In this document: piece by piece, positions 37,901 through 47,794 of the stretch
Position numbering within the stretch: the stretch's first letter is position 1
How the letters are laid out: every line of letters begins with the position of its first letter
Assembly: GCF_963921235.1 (NCBI RefSeq)
Contig: NC_086118.1
Span: 16,494,001-16,558,000 of the forward strand
From: Mobula hypostoma
Taxonomy: Eukaryota
DNA length: 64,000 nt
Direction: 5' to 3'
Position numbers and translations under genes: made by a program
Notes under the pieces: model-generated
The model's input: only the letters and a program-made list of their open reading frames with translations
What the model was told of the DNA's origin: nothing
Database searches by the model: none

Positions 37901-40900
37901 TTTTTTTTTGTTTTCTGGAGACAAAAATGCTCTGAAGATATTGTAAACATTGAAAGAAATACTATTTAATCAAGATGGGTGGGAGAGGAACTTCAAATGA
38001 TGAAACCATCTAGACCATGTTAAGCCAGAGTTGTGAATCTTTTCCAAGGGCTGGAAGAATCCTATTAGGGAGCCTCTGAGCAATTCCTAGCATAGACCTA
38101 AACTGGACCCTGCTTGTGATTTCAATGACCACTGTTTTAATCTCACTCAGCATCCATGGGACAGAGATGTTCTGAGAAAAGGAAAATTGCCAGAGTTACA
38201 CATTAAAGGCATGCTTTCCTGAGGAACAATATAATGAGCTAACCAAGATGTCTGAAATTGGAAGTGGCTCTTTCTCCATCACTAATAGCCACAGACTCTA
38301 TTGGCACAAAACTCATTTAAAAAAATCTTTACAATTAAAGTTTACCTGTTTGCCTCATTATCCAGTAGCAGTCATTGTAAATGACAGTCGAATATTCTTT
38401 TACTAAGAATTAAATACGTCACTGTCTCTTTTCCTTCCAGTTGAATTCAGCTGGCTTTAAATAAACTGAAATGCATTCTCCCAAGACACAATGTTCTAGC
38501 CTATAATCACCTCATCCCTCTGACATAAAGGAAATTACAGGCAGATGCTCCACGTGGCTTGGCTGCACAAATGCACAGACACATCTGCAGCAGGTTTGTC
38601 CCTGTCACTCTCATTTAAAGATGCCATTTGGCATGATTTATGCTGACTACTGCAGATTATGCTGACTGCGGAAAATATCAAGAGAGCAGTATTTATCAAC
38701 TGATAACATAAAACTGAGACCTCTCAATTCCAACCCAGACATCGAGAGGCATGCAGGCATACTTTAAGTGGCAGAAGGTCAAAACTGTTAACTATAAGAA
38801 AACTGTGAAGCTTGTCGACAGGCTCCTCCAGTAATATTCCAACAATTATTCAAAGGCCTTTAATTCTTAAGTATTTCATTCTGAAATTAATTTCATTCCC
38901 AAGTTTGATATGTTGACATATTTCATTTATTAACTTTTACTTTCTTAATGAAAATGTGCTACTAAAAGTGGGGTCAATTGTATTAGGACTAAGTTACATG
39001 CATGGAAAAAAAATTTTCTTTATACTGCAAGTTACTTTCTGAATAAAACTTTAGATTTCATTTTAGAGTAAGAAGTGAATTATGGCTGCAGTCAGCAGCT
39101 CTCTGGTAACTGAACATAGGACAGTAAATGTTGGTAGGCTCCATTACAGTACAGACCTTTGGATCCAAGATCAGTATGTTCTCAATCAACATGTACACGT
39201 AGCACTTTGCAACAGGGAACCCAGAGATGGACGTCACTGCTGAATTTCCTGCTTGAAGCCCAAAGAAGTCACTTCATGGGCTTCTATATTATAAGAGATC
39301 AATGGTACCATGTGGCAAACCACAGAAATGCTTTGACATTCAGAAACATGCATATACATTCATAATTAGCTAAATTTAATCGACCTATGAAGAACTTGAT
39401 TTAAAATTTCAGAAGTCCTAATATTGTCACTAAAATGCTCTTTCAATTGATATCTAATACTCAGTAAAACAAGAATCAAAATAAATTACTGTTAAAATAT
39501 ATCATTAAACCAAATAAGGTGACTTGTCAACTGGGTCTAAAAAGCCTTAATTGCCTATCATTTCTTTTCAGGGACAATTACAAATGATGTCAAGGTGACG
39601 GGTAGCACGCTCTTTCCCTATCTGCAGCTGAGCTAGTGTATGAACCTACTTCACCAGGAGACCAGTAGTCTGTTGTAATCTCTAAACATAACGGATTCAG
39701 CCACTCTGCTGGACTTTATCCTCCTAAGCTCTGCATTGAAGGTGCTGACAAGGACCAGGGTATAAACAGTCTCTGATTCACCCTTCAGCTATGCACAAGA
39801 TGTCAGCAGACAGCCAGCTCAACATTCATCTGCTACATCAAATTACAGTTCAACTTGAAGATCATTTCTTGTAAACTTGGTAGTGATATGAACATTTGTT
39901 GTGGCTAAATATCTATTTGTTAAGCTTTTTAATTTCAGCTCAAGGGCAAAGGCAGTATAATTAATTCAGTCTGTTGGTGATTGGCTGTAATTACACCTCA
40001 GATAAACTGTATTGCGGCAATTGAGCACAAATAGTTTAATAACTCTTTTGAACAATGCAATGCTGATTAGAAATGTAATGTGTCATGAAGAGGTATCTAC
40101 AAAGAACAATTTCAACCTACCACAGTTTTCCTTCAATGATTTATATTAAAAAAGCACTTAAGGAAAAGTTGATGATGGATTTTAAATTTCTGAAATTGCC
40201 TCTGGTTTTTGATTTCCTCAACACAATCAGTGATAAATTTAGGAAAGAGAAAAGGAAAATGCAAGCTGGAGGTAAACCTTCCCACACTGGAGAGGTTGCA
40301 GGAAAAGACCACAGGTCTGGTAACAGAGACTCTAGAGTCTCATATTCTCCTGTCCTTAGTCCCTGCAAACATGAATCTGCACAACTCTGTGGCAACTGAC
40401 CACAGACGCAGAAGTCCTAAACTTTCTGATAAGATGTTGTTAGGGTTTCCTTTGACTATCCTCTGCTCTTTGAGTCCCATAATGCCTAGGGGGAGAGTGC
40501 AACTTCCTGCATTGCTTCACTGAAATGGATCTTCAGTGATCTTTCATCCTGCGAGTTCAATGAACAGGGATTTCTGGACAAAGGCACTTTTTTCATGGCA
40601 ACACAAAGTGACTATGTTATCCAAAGCTAGAATAGAGGTGATCAGACAATTACTGTACATCTCACAAACAGGGTGACTGCAAATGCTCAAGACTAGATAA
40701 TGTACATTATATAAACACTCAGACCCCGTCTAACACTGAGGATGCACCCCTCGGAGGTGGAGCGCGATGCAAATCAGCGTTATGCGGGGTTATTGTAACA
40801 TTACGTAAATGGACGTGTGTGCCTGATTAAAACAAAATCAAACCCAAGACATATGATATATTACTTTACATATACACATTAAGTCGTGGAGTAACAAACA

Positions 40901-43900
40901 CACAAATAGACCTAACCCTGTACATCAGTGAAGCAGTAACACATCACAGCAACAGTGGAGGGAAGCGGGTGGTGGTATGATCTGCTGGCTTAGGGGCATG
41001 TTTCATTGTGTCTGGTCATCCACCCATATATTTGGTCTATTTTCTAGTTTTTCAAGCAAATGGCCCCTTGAATAAGTCACCTTTGTTGATGATAACTTTG
41101 AGGTTGTTGTTGCAGAAGCTTTTATCTTGTCTGCATTTTAAAACTATTGTTCTCATTGTCAATGTAGCCAATTTCAAAGAGGTGTCAACATCAACCTGCG
41201 CTCACCAGTTTTCACATGTCATATCACTTGCAGTTTCACATCCATGCTGATGCTTTTCCTGGACACATTAGATGTACTACCCTCACTGGAATTTGCAGGT
41301 TTTTTTCCAGGGTGAAAAAAAAGGAATAAATTGGTGAGGGAGCAAGAACGTTTACACAGGTGAGGGAGGCAGAGCGTGAACTAATAGGTGATTGGCTGGG
41401 AGTGGCTTAGAGTGTATGTAAAACACTCTAATTGGTTGATTGAATGTATTGGCAGCCACCCTTGAAAAGCTTTAGGTGTTGTTTAGAATGAAGTTTTGTC
41501 ATTTAAAAAAAATTCAATAAAGAACTGAATAACCACATTGTAACGTATCAGTGCTATGTGGGGTCTGAGTAACTATACCAATGGATTTGTTTTTCTCAGG
41601 AGAAATTATCAAAGTTCACAAGAAGTTGCTATTATTTCTGTTTCCTTTACCATAAACACAGACTGTTTTATTGGGTAAACTAACTTGGTTTGCTGTGCAA
41701 TAGACAGTATGAGTAATACTTGGCAATCCAGTTTGAACATATTGCACAACATGGTGTTATCACTGTAGTTTACCTCCTAAAACCACCTGCTGGAATGGAG
41801 TTAATCTGGGAAACTGTTCAGCCAACTTCCCAAACTGAGGTCACTCCAAGTTCAGCCACTGAGGTGCAGTAGATGGATTATAGTTGTATGGGAGGCTGAG
41901 TTTCTAGTCATCAGTGAATCATTGCTTGAAGCAAATGAGCAAATGGTCCCAATGTTTAACACCCACAAAAGTTATCAATCGCTATTCCTTCCCGTACAAC
42001 ACCACTCCCTCCCCTGCCCCACCCCAACCACAAGCAAAAAACATGTGCAACAAGGCTGTCATGGAAATCATGGAACAAATCCTATCATCTTGGAAGCCAC
42101 CTCTCAGTGAAGGTGGGCATCAATGATGATGTTCACCACTGCCTTCAGAGCATCAGTACAGATCTGAGGAAAAGAGTATTTGAAGATCAGGTCTGTCACA
42201 ATGTTTATGAGTTACTGGGCAGAAATAGCAACTGACTGCGAAACTAGCTCTATTCTGTGCTCTGCACAGCTAGAAGGGACTTGATGGGCACAGGAAGTGA
42301 CTTAAACATGTTGCTCAAGTCACCGTGAAAGGGTGGACCAGAGCGCATTAAATCTGCAGCACAATGTTGTTTATGACATCCGTAACCGGAGAAGGACCAT
42401 TTGGGATCACAATGGGAACCTTGATTCCATTTGTCCTGAGCAATCACAAGCCCAGTGCAAGCAGTGGAAAGAGCACAGTTACTCACAGACAATTCACACA
42501 CTTGTCTGTGAAATTCCTGCCTTACAGCTACCTTACAACCCACAGTGGAAGTTTTATTTCAATTAATAATCTTGTTGGACTAATTGTGAGGAAGTAATGA
42601 TATAACGGAAGAAAGTATTTCTCAATTTATGTCCACACATCATATTGAAACTGGTACAAAATTCCAGAGTACGTGAGATTACCAACAGTAAAAATGTTTT
42701 GAATGTTGATTTTCCATCCTGTAAGAAACATCAGGAAGGAATAAAATTAGCAAACTCATGTCCTGAGTTAAATTAGGAATTCCATACTGCAGGGCTTCCA
42801 GGAGATTTAAGTGTCAATTTCTTCAAGAGTGAAGACGTCTAATGATAATGATGCAAACTAAGCTTCTCAGGAAAAAATGCTTTGGTCAGGAATATAAGTA
42901 AATTTTTAAAAAATATTGCAATTACTTCCAGACTCTCCTTTCAGAAGGATGTTGCCATTACAATGTAATTGTGCAACCCCTGGCAAGACACTGAAGACCA
43001 GCAAAAGGGCTGGATGCTCTTCTTCCAGGTTGCATACAGGAGGTGAATGTTACGCTGAAGATGTATAAGATATTGGTGAGGCCTAATCTGGAGAATTGTG
43101 CGCAGTTTTGCTCATCTACCTACAGGAAGGATGTAAGTTAAGTTTGAAAGAATACTGCGAAAATTTACAAGGAATTTGCCAGGTCTGGAGGACCTGAGTT
43201 ATATGGGAAAATTGAACAGGTTAGGACTTTATTTCTTGGAACGTAGAAGATTGAAGGGAGATTTGATAGCAGTATGCAAAACTATGAAGGGTATAGATGG
43301 GGTAAATGCAAGCAAGCTTTTTTCACTGAGGTTGGGTGGGATTACAACTAGAAGTCATGGGTTAAGGGTGAAAGGCGAAAAGTTCAAGAGTGAGATATGA
43401 GGAAACTTCTTCACTCAGAGGGCCGTGAGAGTGTGGAATGAGCTGCCACCGCAAATGGTGTATGCAAACTCGATGTCAACGTTTAAGAGAAGTTTGGACA
43501 GGTGCATGGATGGTAGGGGTATGGAGGGCTATGTTCCTGGTGCAGGTTGATAGGAGTAAGCAGTTTAAATGGTTTGGCATGAACTAGATGGGGCTAGGGG
43601 CATGTTTCTGTGCTGTATTTTTCTATGACTCTATACCCTCTCAGCTTCAGGATGTTTCTAGCCAGATGACTGTGCAGGTGAACAAATTATAAGCCATCCA
43701 CAGGCTACAAACGCCAGAAATATGGACACCTGTACAAATGAACGAGCTCCTATAATTCAAAAGTCTGATGAATGTACATACATTTGTTCTTATGAGCAAC
43801 AAAATTAGTTTTTTCTCTCTTTCTCTCTTTAATAATTGTTCTTACTTATTACCTTGTGTGAGTTTGGTGCCATTCATTATAGTACTGTTATGGTTATTAT

Positions 43901-46866
43901 AGTGAGTGATTTTTTCATATATTCTGATTTATGTTCAAAATTGACGTAAGGACATCTGTAAAAATGGGACCCACTCATTACCCAGGGGCAGCCTGCAAGG
44001 GAAGGTTGGAAGCTCTGAGATGGTTCAATATGGCAGTTCACCACCATTCCCTTCTCAAAGCATCCTGGAAGTGGCAATAACGGCACTTTGCACTCAGACC
44101 TACAGCCTGTAAAATGAAGACAAAGAAGTATCAATTCCTTCAGAATTCTACTAAAGAAATCTATTTGTTTTGATAAAAATCAATCTCAATGTTGAATTCT
44201 TCAATATAACACACAAGGGATAATTACTTAGAAATTCACTGATGGTTTGTTGTGCTAAATGGGGATTGTACTTGAGGTGGCGATGCTCCCCTAAAGTGTT
44301 CCTAACCTTACTGATCTGAGATTTCTCGGCATATAACAGTACAAATCTCAAACTCGGATCAAAGGTGAGCTTTGTAAATACCATTGATTGCCTCTTTCAC
44401 AGCCGAGTCCACTGGAATTATATTCTTCTTCACCAGTTCCAGAGGCCCAGGTCTTTGGGCTATCTTCTCATTGAGATCATCAGCCAGCCTTGCCCGCTTG
44501 AGCTTCATCTGAGTTGCTTGAAGTTTACCCTCTGCAGGTGTATCTTTTGGACCATAAAGAGAAACTTAGTGACTGGTCATTTGAAATGATTACAAAGCAG
44601 ATCTTCCTGGCCCAGTAAACCACCCTTCACACCCACCTCCCCATCTACTCAACCACACCTGCAAAGGCTATCTTTTCCTGGCATGGACACGGAGGCCAAA
44701 CCCCACTAGATCTTAACATCCTGGAATGATGGGCAACTGAGACTCTGGTGTGAGACAAAATGGACTGCAGATGCTAGAATTCAGAACAAAGAAAAAGCTA
44801 AAAGACCTCACCAGGTTAACAGCAACTTTGTGGGCAAAAGGTGCAAATCAAAATTTCAGGCCAAGGCCCTTCATTAGGTAGTCTGAGAAGCCAGGCCTTG
44901 GGGTCAGTATTAGTAGATGTAAAAGCCATGGGGTGTGCATTTAAATACTTTTTGAATGTCTCTGATACTTAGAGTCATCTAAAAAAATTAAAATTCACAC
45001 AAGATTCAAAATTACACAATTACAAGGGTTACCTAAAATACATAAAAATAAGTAAAAATATTGAATTTAAGTAATAGAATAAACAGGTGCTTGAATCATT
45101 TCCCTGCAATCACCATTCACATAAATGAGTTTGCAGTTCTTGCATCAGGTTAACCCTGCATGAGATCTGAGAGGCTATGCCCCAATGTCAATGCTGGGAA
45201 ATCCCAGAAAGGCTAGGATCTGCATCAGTAGCAGAAAGTTTTGAGGGAATCAGCATTCTGAATCAGCAAGTTCTGAACCTCTGCACCTGACAGTGTAGAT
45301 CTGGGATTCTACTGTTTAAGTGATTGAAGACCAGATGAGTGTTTGGAACCACCAGCAGTAGCCAACATACTTTGCGGCACTATCATGTTATACCATCTCA
45401 AAAAGCTATTAGATATGTTATCGATCAGAGCAAAACTGGCGGGTGAAAATATTAAAATGATTTCCCATAAATTAAGCTGCTTCTCTGATTCCAGTATAAA
45501 AAAGCTGACCTAACTACAACTGTTCTATCCCAACATCCTGGGAGTGCTTTCCTAGCGTACATTAAATTTCCTAAAAGGTCAACACTGAGGTCACAGCCCT
45601 CCAGGATGGTCCTGGAGCCTCCGAAAATTAAACATCATTACTAAACTAATTTCGTAGAAAAATCAGGGTGTGTGTTGGGAGTGGGTGTTCTAAAATGTGT
45701 TTTCGGTTTGCTTTTATTGCTTTTGTCTATTAGTTATAAAAATGTTGGAAATGAGGAGCAAGCAGAGCAATTAGGATCAGAAAGTCATGAGGGGGTGAGT
45801 TCCTGGAATTTTCCAAAATTGAGCTGGAAACTTTATTTAACCCATTACCAATAATGGCCACTGAACTCCACGCAGAGCATAAGGGAGGAAACACCTGCTC
45901 TCTGGCTAATTTTAATTCCTTGGACTCTGAGATGATTCCAGTTAATATCCTCTTGGAAGGAAACCAAAGAGTAAATTGTGGACGACAAGGTAACCTAATG
46001 CTGCCACGTTAAGGTAGTTGTTTGTGAGTATTAGCTATGCATCATTCTGGATACATTCTGGATCTGTTTTTAAAAAAGAGAGCTACTTTTATGGAGAGCA
46101 TGTAACCCAAAGGCAAGCCTGTCTAATGGCAGACTTCATACATAGCAACAGGTATCAGAACTATAATCAGAATAAAATGAGAAAGGAAACAGGGCATTTC
46201 ATCAACGATTCTTCTATCAATAGACTGGCAGTATGGGCTTTCAAACTTTTGTATCTTCTTCCAAATGGGAGAAGTGGGGTCGGAGGGGTCCTTGATTATA
46301 TTGGCTGCTTTCCCAAGGCAGCAGGAAGTGTAAGAGGAATGAATGGAGGGAAAGCTGGTTGTGTGATGGACTGATAACCATAACTGCATGTGAGGAATGC
46401 TACTAAAATTAGCTGGTTGAATAAGGAAACATGAGGGTATACCAACCAAGCCCTGTGTTTGGAACTTGGCATCAACTCCTTGTCAGGAACACAAGAGTTC
46501 ATACATCTTGATTTGATCTGCTACATTGTCAGAAGGTCTATTTTAATAAATCCTGGGCAAGGCCTCATATGTGGTCATTCAGCCCTATTGGTACACCTGC
46601 AAAAAAAAACAAGTCTGCAGCGCTGACCAACAATGGAACCCACCATGGATGAGTTCTCATTGGGCACCATGAGAAGTAGATGGTCACCAAGAATCCTGTC
46701 ACTAGGTTTGGAACACATACACACACTACTTGCATAACATTTAGACACCATCAAAGCAATAAAAAAATTACAATGCAGCCACATTCTCACCTTGTAGGAT
46801 ATGCATATTAACCAGATCTGTTTTCTCAGGTCTACTTCTAATCTTGTGTTTCAAGTAATCTTCTGT
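8508..46866 (-). CDS. MYOCD: Myocardin, 5'-partial spliced CDS: join(46866-46791, 44543-44382, 31899-31724, 22969-22838, 22004-21748, 21185-21032, 18176-17130, 14343-14248, 11789-11661, 10459-10405, 9073-8508)
   Basis: Exons sum to 2850 nt in one open frame with consistent phases and GT-AG sites. Domain order RPEL-B1-Q-SAP-LZ-TAD. The C-terminus [18 protein letters not shown] and the SAP sequence [23 protein letters not shown] are myocardin-type rather than MRTF-A/B-type. Confidence 0.95.
10405..10459 (-). CDS. MYOCD: MYOCD exon (about exon 12): [18 protein letters not shown]
   Basis: tctttgcag|CAAATG ... AGTGGAG|gtgagg; 55 nt, phase 0/1; conserved MD(D/E)[10 protein letters not shown] motif. 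Confidence 0.93.
10652..10925 (-). mobile_element. CR1 3' end fragment
   Basis: gaattccacaaattcaccaccctctggctaaagaaattcctc; tail accataagacataggag. Confidence 0.7.
11661..11789 (-). CDS. MYOCD: MYOCD exon (about exon 11): [14 protein letters not shown]...[12 protein letters not shown]
   Basis: ttttatttag|ATGAAT ... AAACAG|gtgaga; 129 nt, phase 0/0; [10 protein letters not shown] motif. Confidence 0.93.
12000..12284 (-). mobile_element. Possible LTR remnant with polypurine tract
   Basis: Minus strand AAAAAGGGGGAG (12284-12273) immediately followed by TGTCG; 3' boundary uncertain. Confidence 0.4.
12345..12730 (+). mobile_element. CR1 3' end fragment
   Basis: [32 protein letters not shown]; tail cttatgtcttatggtcttatgatctta. 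Confidence 0.85.
13441..14246 (+). mobile_element. About 800-bp unclassified retroelement-like insertion
   Basis: GC-richer than its flanks, internal (AG)n, ATTAAA followed by a short tandem tail cctattgaaa-ccta. Confidence 0.55.
13903..13930. repeat. (AG)n microsatellite
   Basis: Directly visible. Confidence 0.9.
14248..14343 (-). CDS. MYOCD: Probable MYOCD cassette exon (position of mammalian exon 10a): [32 protein letters not shown]
   Basis: ttttggttctttag|TGCTCA ... AGAAAG|gtaggt; 96 nt, phase 0/0, no stops; sequence not recognisably similar to the mammalian exon. Confidence 0.65.
14740..16930 (-). mobile_element. CR1 LINE, degraded ORF2 and 3' tail
   Basis: [47 protein letters not shown]; tail next to 14740. 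Confidence 0.88.
17130..18176 (-). CDS. MYOCD: MYOCD large exon (about exon 10): SAP domain, leucine zipper, Ser/Pro-rich region
   Basis: cttgcag|GTATCA ... ATACAG|gtaaaa; 1047 nt, phase 0/0; lies within ORF 17094..18299. Confidence 0.95.
18711..18840 (+). mobile_element. Degraded Penelope-like pLTR fragment
   Basis: atgaagggtgtcggcccaaaatgtt...ctgagttcctccaacattttgtgtgtgttg, homologous to the 35636-35760 arm. Confidence 0.6.
19057..19470 (+). mobile_element. 3' end of a Rex1-like LINE
   Basis: [38 protein letters not shown]; tail gtatcaattgtttggcgacaataaagtaa is also present at about 55-120. Confidence 0.8.
21032..21185 (-). CDS. MYOCD: MYOCD exon (about exon 9), ending [13 protein letters not shown] (start of SAP)
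   Basis: tttttccag|GCACTC ... TTAAAG|gtatat; 154 nt, phase 2/0. Confidence 0.93.
21748..22004 (-). CDS. MYOCD: MYOCD exon (about exon 8), B1 basic box and Q-rich domain ([24 protein letters not shown]...[16 protein letters not shown])
   Basis: aattag|ACAAAG ... CTGAA|gtgagt; 257 nt, phase 0/2. Confidence 0.95.
22838..22969 (-). CDS. MYOCD: MYOCD exon (about exon 7): [44 protein letters not shown]
   Basis: ctttacag|TATCTT ... GTTAAA|gtaagc; 132 nt, phase 0/0, open frame; ends in [10 protein letters not shown], similar to mammalian TPIAVHAAVK. Confidence 0.85.
24166..25715 (+). mobile_element. Tc1/mariner DNA transposon (IR/DR type) with an inactivated transposase
   Basis: TA|CAGTGCCTATAAAAAGAATTCACCC ... 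GGGTGAATACATTTTGTAGGAACTG|TA; internal DRs at about 24371 and 25563; ATG at 24561 ([10 protein letters not shown]), [31 protein letters not shown] with stops and frameshifts. Confidence 0.92.
26377..27351 (+). mobile_element. Non-autonomous hAT-superfamily DNA element
   Basis: Imperfect TIRs tactgttccct / agggaatgttg; partial 8-bp TSD gacagacc/gacagaaa; 26961-27041 encodes [27 protein letters not shown] (hAT C-terminal dimerisation motif). Confidence 0.65.
28250..28490 (-). mobile_element. Degraded Penelope-like pLTR fragment
   Basis: gctggtggaactcagtgggtcaggcagcatctgtagaggg followed by a purine-rich tract. Confidence 0.55.
29650..30170 (-). mobile_element. Rex1-like LINE 3' fragment, degraded
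   Basis: Reverse complement carries ctgccatcaggtagaaggtacaagagcctcaggactcaccc ([10 protein letters not shown]) and cctggtatggaaacacc motifs shared with 62920-63190. Confidence 0.65.
31724..31899 (-). CDS. MYOCD: MYOCD exon (about exon 6): [28 protein letters not shown]...TTTIQ
   Basis: tcaacag|TTGGCC ... ATACAG|gtaaga; 176 nt, phase 1/0; FEEDSS-DALSP motif of the myocardin family. Confidence 0.93.
34197..34480 (+). mobile_element. tRNA-derived V-SINE (HE1-like, elasmobranch type)
   Basis: A-box-like tggtagtgtagtg, B-box GGTTCAATTCC (34251-34261), V-domain cgtgggtttcctccgggtgctccagtttcctccca, A-rich end. Confidence 0.85.
34481..34817 (-). mobile_element. Older Penelope-like copy interrupted by the younger element (continues at about 35761-35870)
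   Basis: Degenerate pLTR; the sequence aatattcatac|catcaggttggaggctacccaga resumes after the insertion. Confidence 0.6.
34876..34913 (-). ncRNA. Second minimal hammerhead motif, sense to the MYOCD pre-mRNA
   Basis: TAGTC-CTGACGA-A-GGGTCTCGGCCC-GAAA-C-ATT-GACTG; the stem III palindrome is mutated (ACAT). Confidence 0.6.
35631..35668 (+). ncRNA. Minimal (Penelope-type) hammerhead ribozyme motif
   Basis: CAGTC-CTGACGA-A-GGGTCTCGGCCC-GAAA-C-GTT-GACTG: stem I CAGTC/GACTG, CUGANGA core, stem II hairpin, GAAA, palindromic ACGT stem III. Confidence 0.75.
36260..36590 (-). mobile_element. CR1 3' end fragment
   Basis: Homologous to 14770-15100. Confidence 0.65.
43040..43634 (+). mobile_element. CR1 3' end fragment
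   Basis: [38 protein letters not shown]; tail ctatgactctat. Confidence 0.85.
44382..44543 (-). CDS. MYOCD: MYOCD exon (about exon 5), B2 and RPEL3: [54 protein letters not shown]
   Basis: ccaaaag|ATACAC ... ATCAATG|gtattt; 162 nt, phase 1/1; not captured by the ORF track. Confidence 0.95.
46791..46866 (-). CDS. MYOCD: MYOCD exon (about exon 4), RPEL2: [25 protein letters not shown]
   Basis: tttacag|ACAGAA ... CTACAAG|gtgaga; 76 nt, phase 0/1. Confidence 0.93.
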
Positions 46867-47139
46867 CTGTAAAGTGTAAAGAAATGAGAAGCTTATTAAA
46901 GCAGAGTTTATTAAGCTATTAAGGAACTTACTAAAGGCAGAGTTTTCTTGAGGGCCAAGACACCCACTTCTGCTCCTTGTCCATATGTTCATGGGTTTGT
47001 AATCAATTGCCAAAAAAGTAGAAATTAAGTTGATTAAATCATCAATGGTGTATTATTTGCCAGGAACAAATGACAAACCTGTAATCCCCCTGATTTCATG
47101 GAGCTGTATGGTTAAGTAGCAGAGTTAAATATGAAAAAA

Positions 47140-47630
47140 ATTCTTTAGAATTCCTCACTTTCCCTGTCCGTTGATCTCTTCCCTTCCCACTTTCCAGGGA
47201 ACCAACACGTTTTCCAGGTTTAGCAACTCCTCACTGTTTCTCTTCCAACTTTGTGTGCTCCACTCACTGACGATGATATGATCTCTGCTACACTGAAGAA
47301 ACTAAAGGCAGACTGGATGACTGCTCTGCAGAAAGCGTCTGTTCAACCTGTAACAGGGCTTTCCGGATGCCTACATATTGATTCTCCATCATCCCAAAGC
47401 AAAACTGAGACACAGCATCACAGCTTCCAAACTGGCACTTACAGCCTCAGAATGTGTCACTGAATTCAACTATTTCAGACAACCAGCATTTTCAATTTAT
47501 ATCAGAAAGAGTTATTTCAGATCAAAGGTCACCAGCTTCCACTTCCATAACCCCTGCCCGACTTGCTGAGTATATCTAGCATTCTTAGCTTTCAATTCAG
47601 ATTTCTAGCATCTGCTGTATTTTATTTTAG
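47140..47630 (+). mobile_element. Old degraded Penelope-like element (GIY-YIG remnant and pLTR tail)
   Basis: From 47283 reads LCYTEETKGRLDDCSAE, resembling the YIGET..RL..R..EH motif; pLTR-like tail at 47560-47620. Confidence 0.5.
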
Positions 47631-47794
47631 TCAGCATTTTACAGATTCAGCATTGTATGCCCCTTTCCTCTCATACCCTGTTCTTATTTTTTCTTTTTCT
47701 CTTTATAACCCTTCCAGGCTGATGATCTGTGATGAATAAACCTCCATCTACCAGTAGCACCATTGCTGTGTCACTCAGTCTCCTTTGATAAGTC

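Noticed and set aside
8508..46866. Assignment as MRTFA or MRTFB
   Set aside because: Although RPEL2 is MRTF-like, the SAP, zipper, [10 protein letters not shown] and C-terminal sequences match myocardin.
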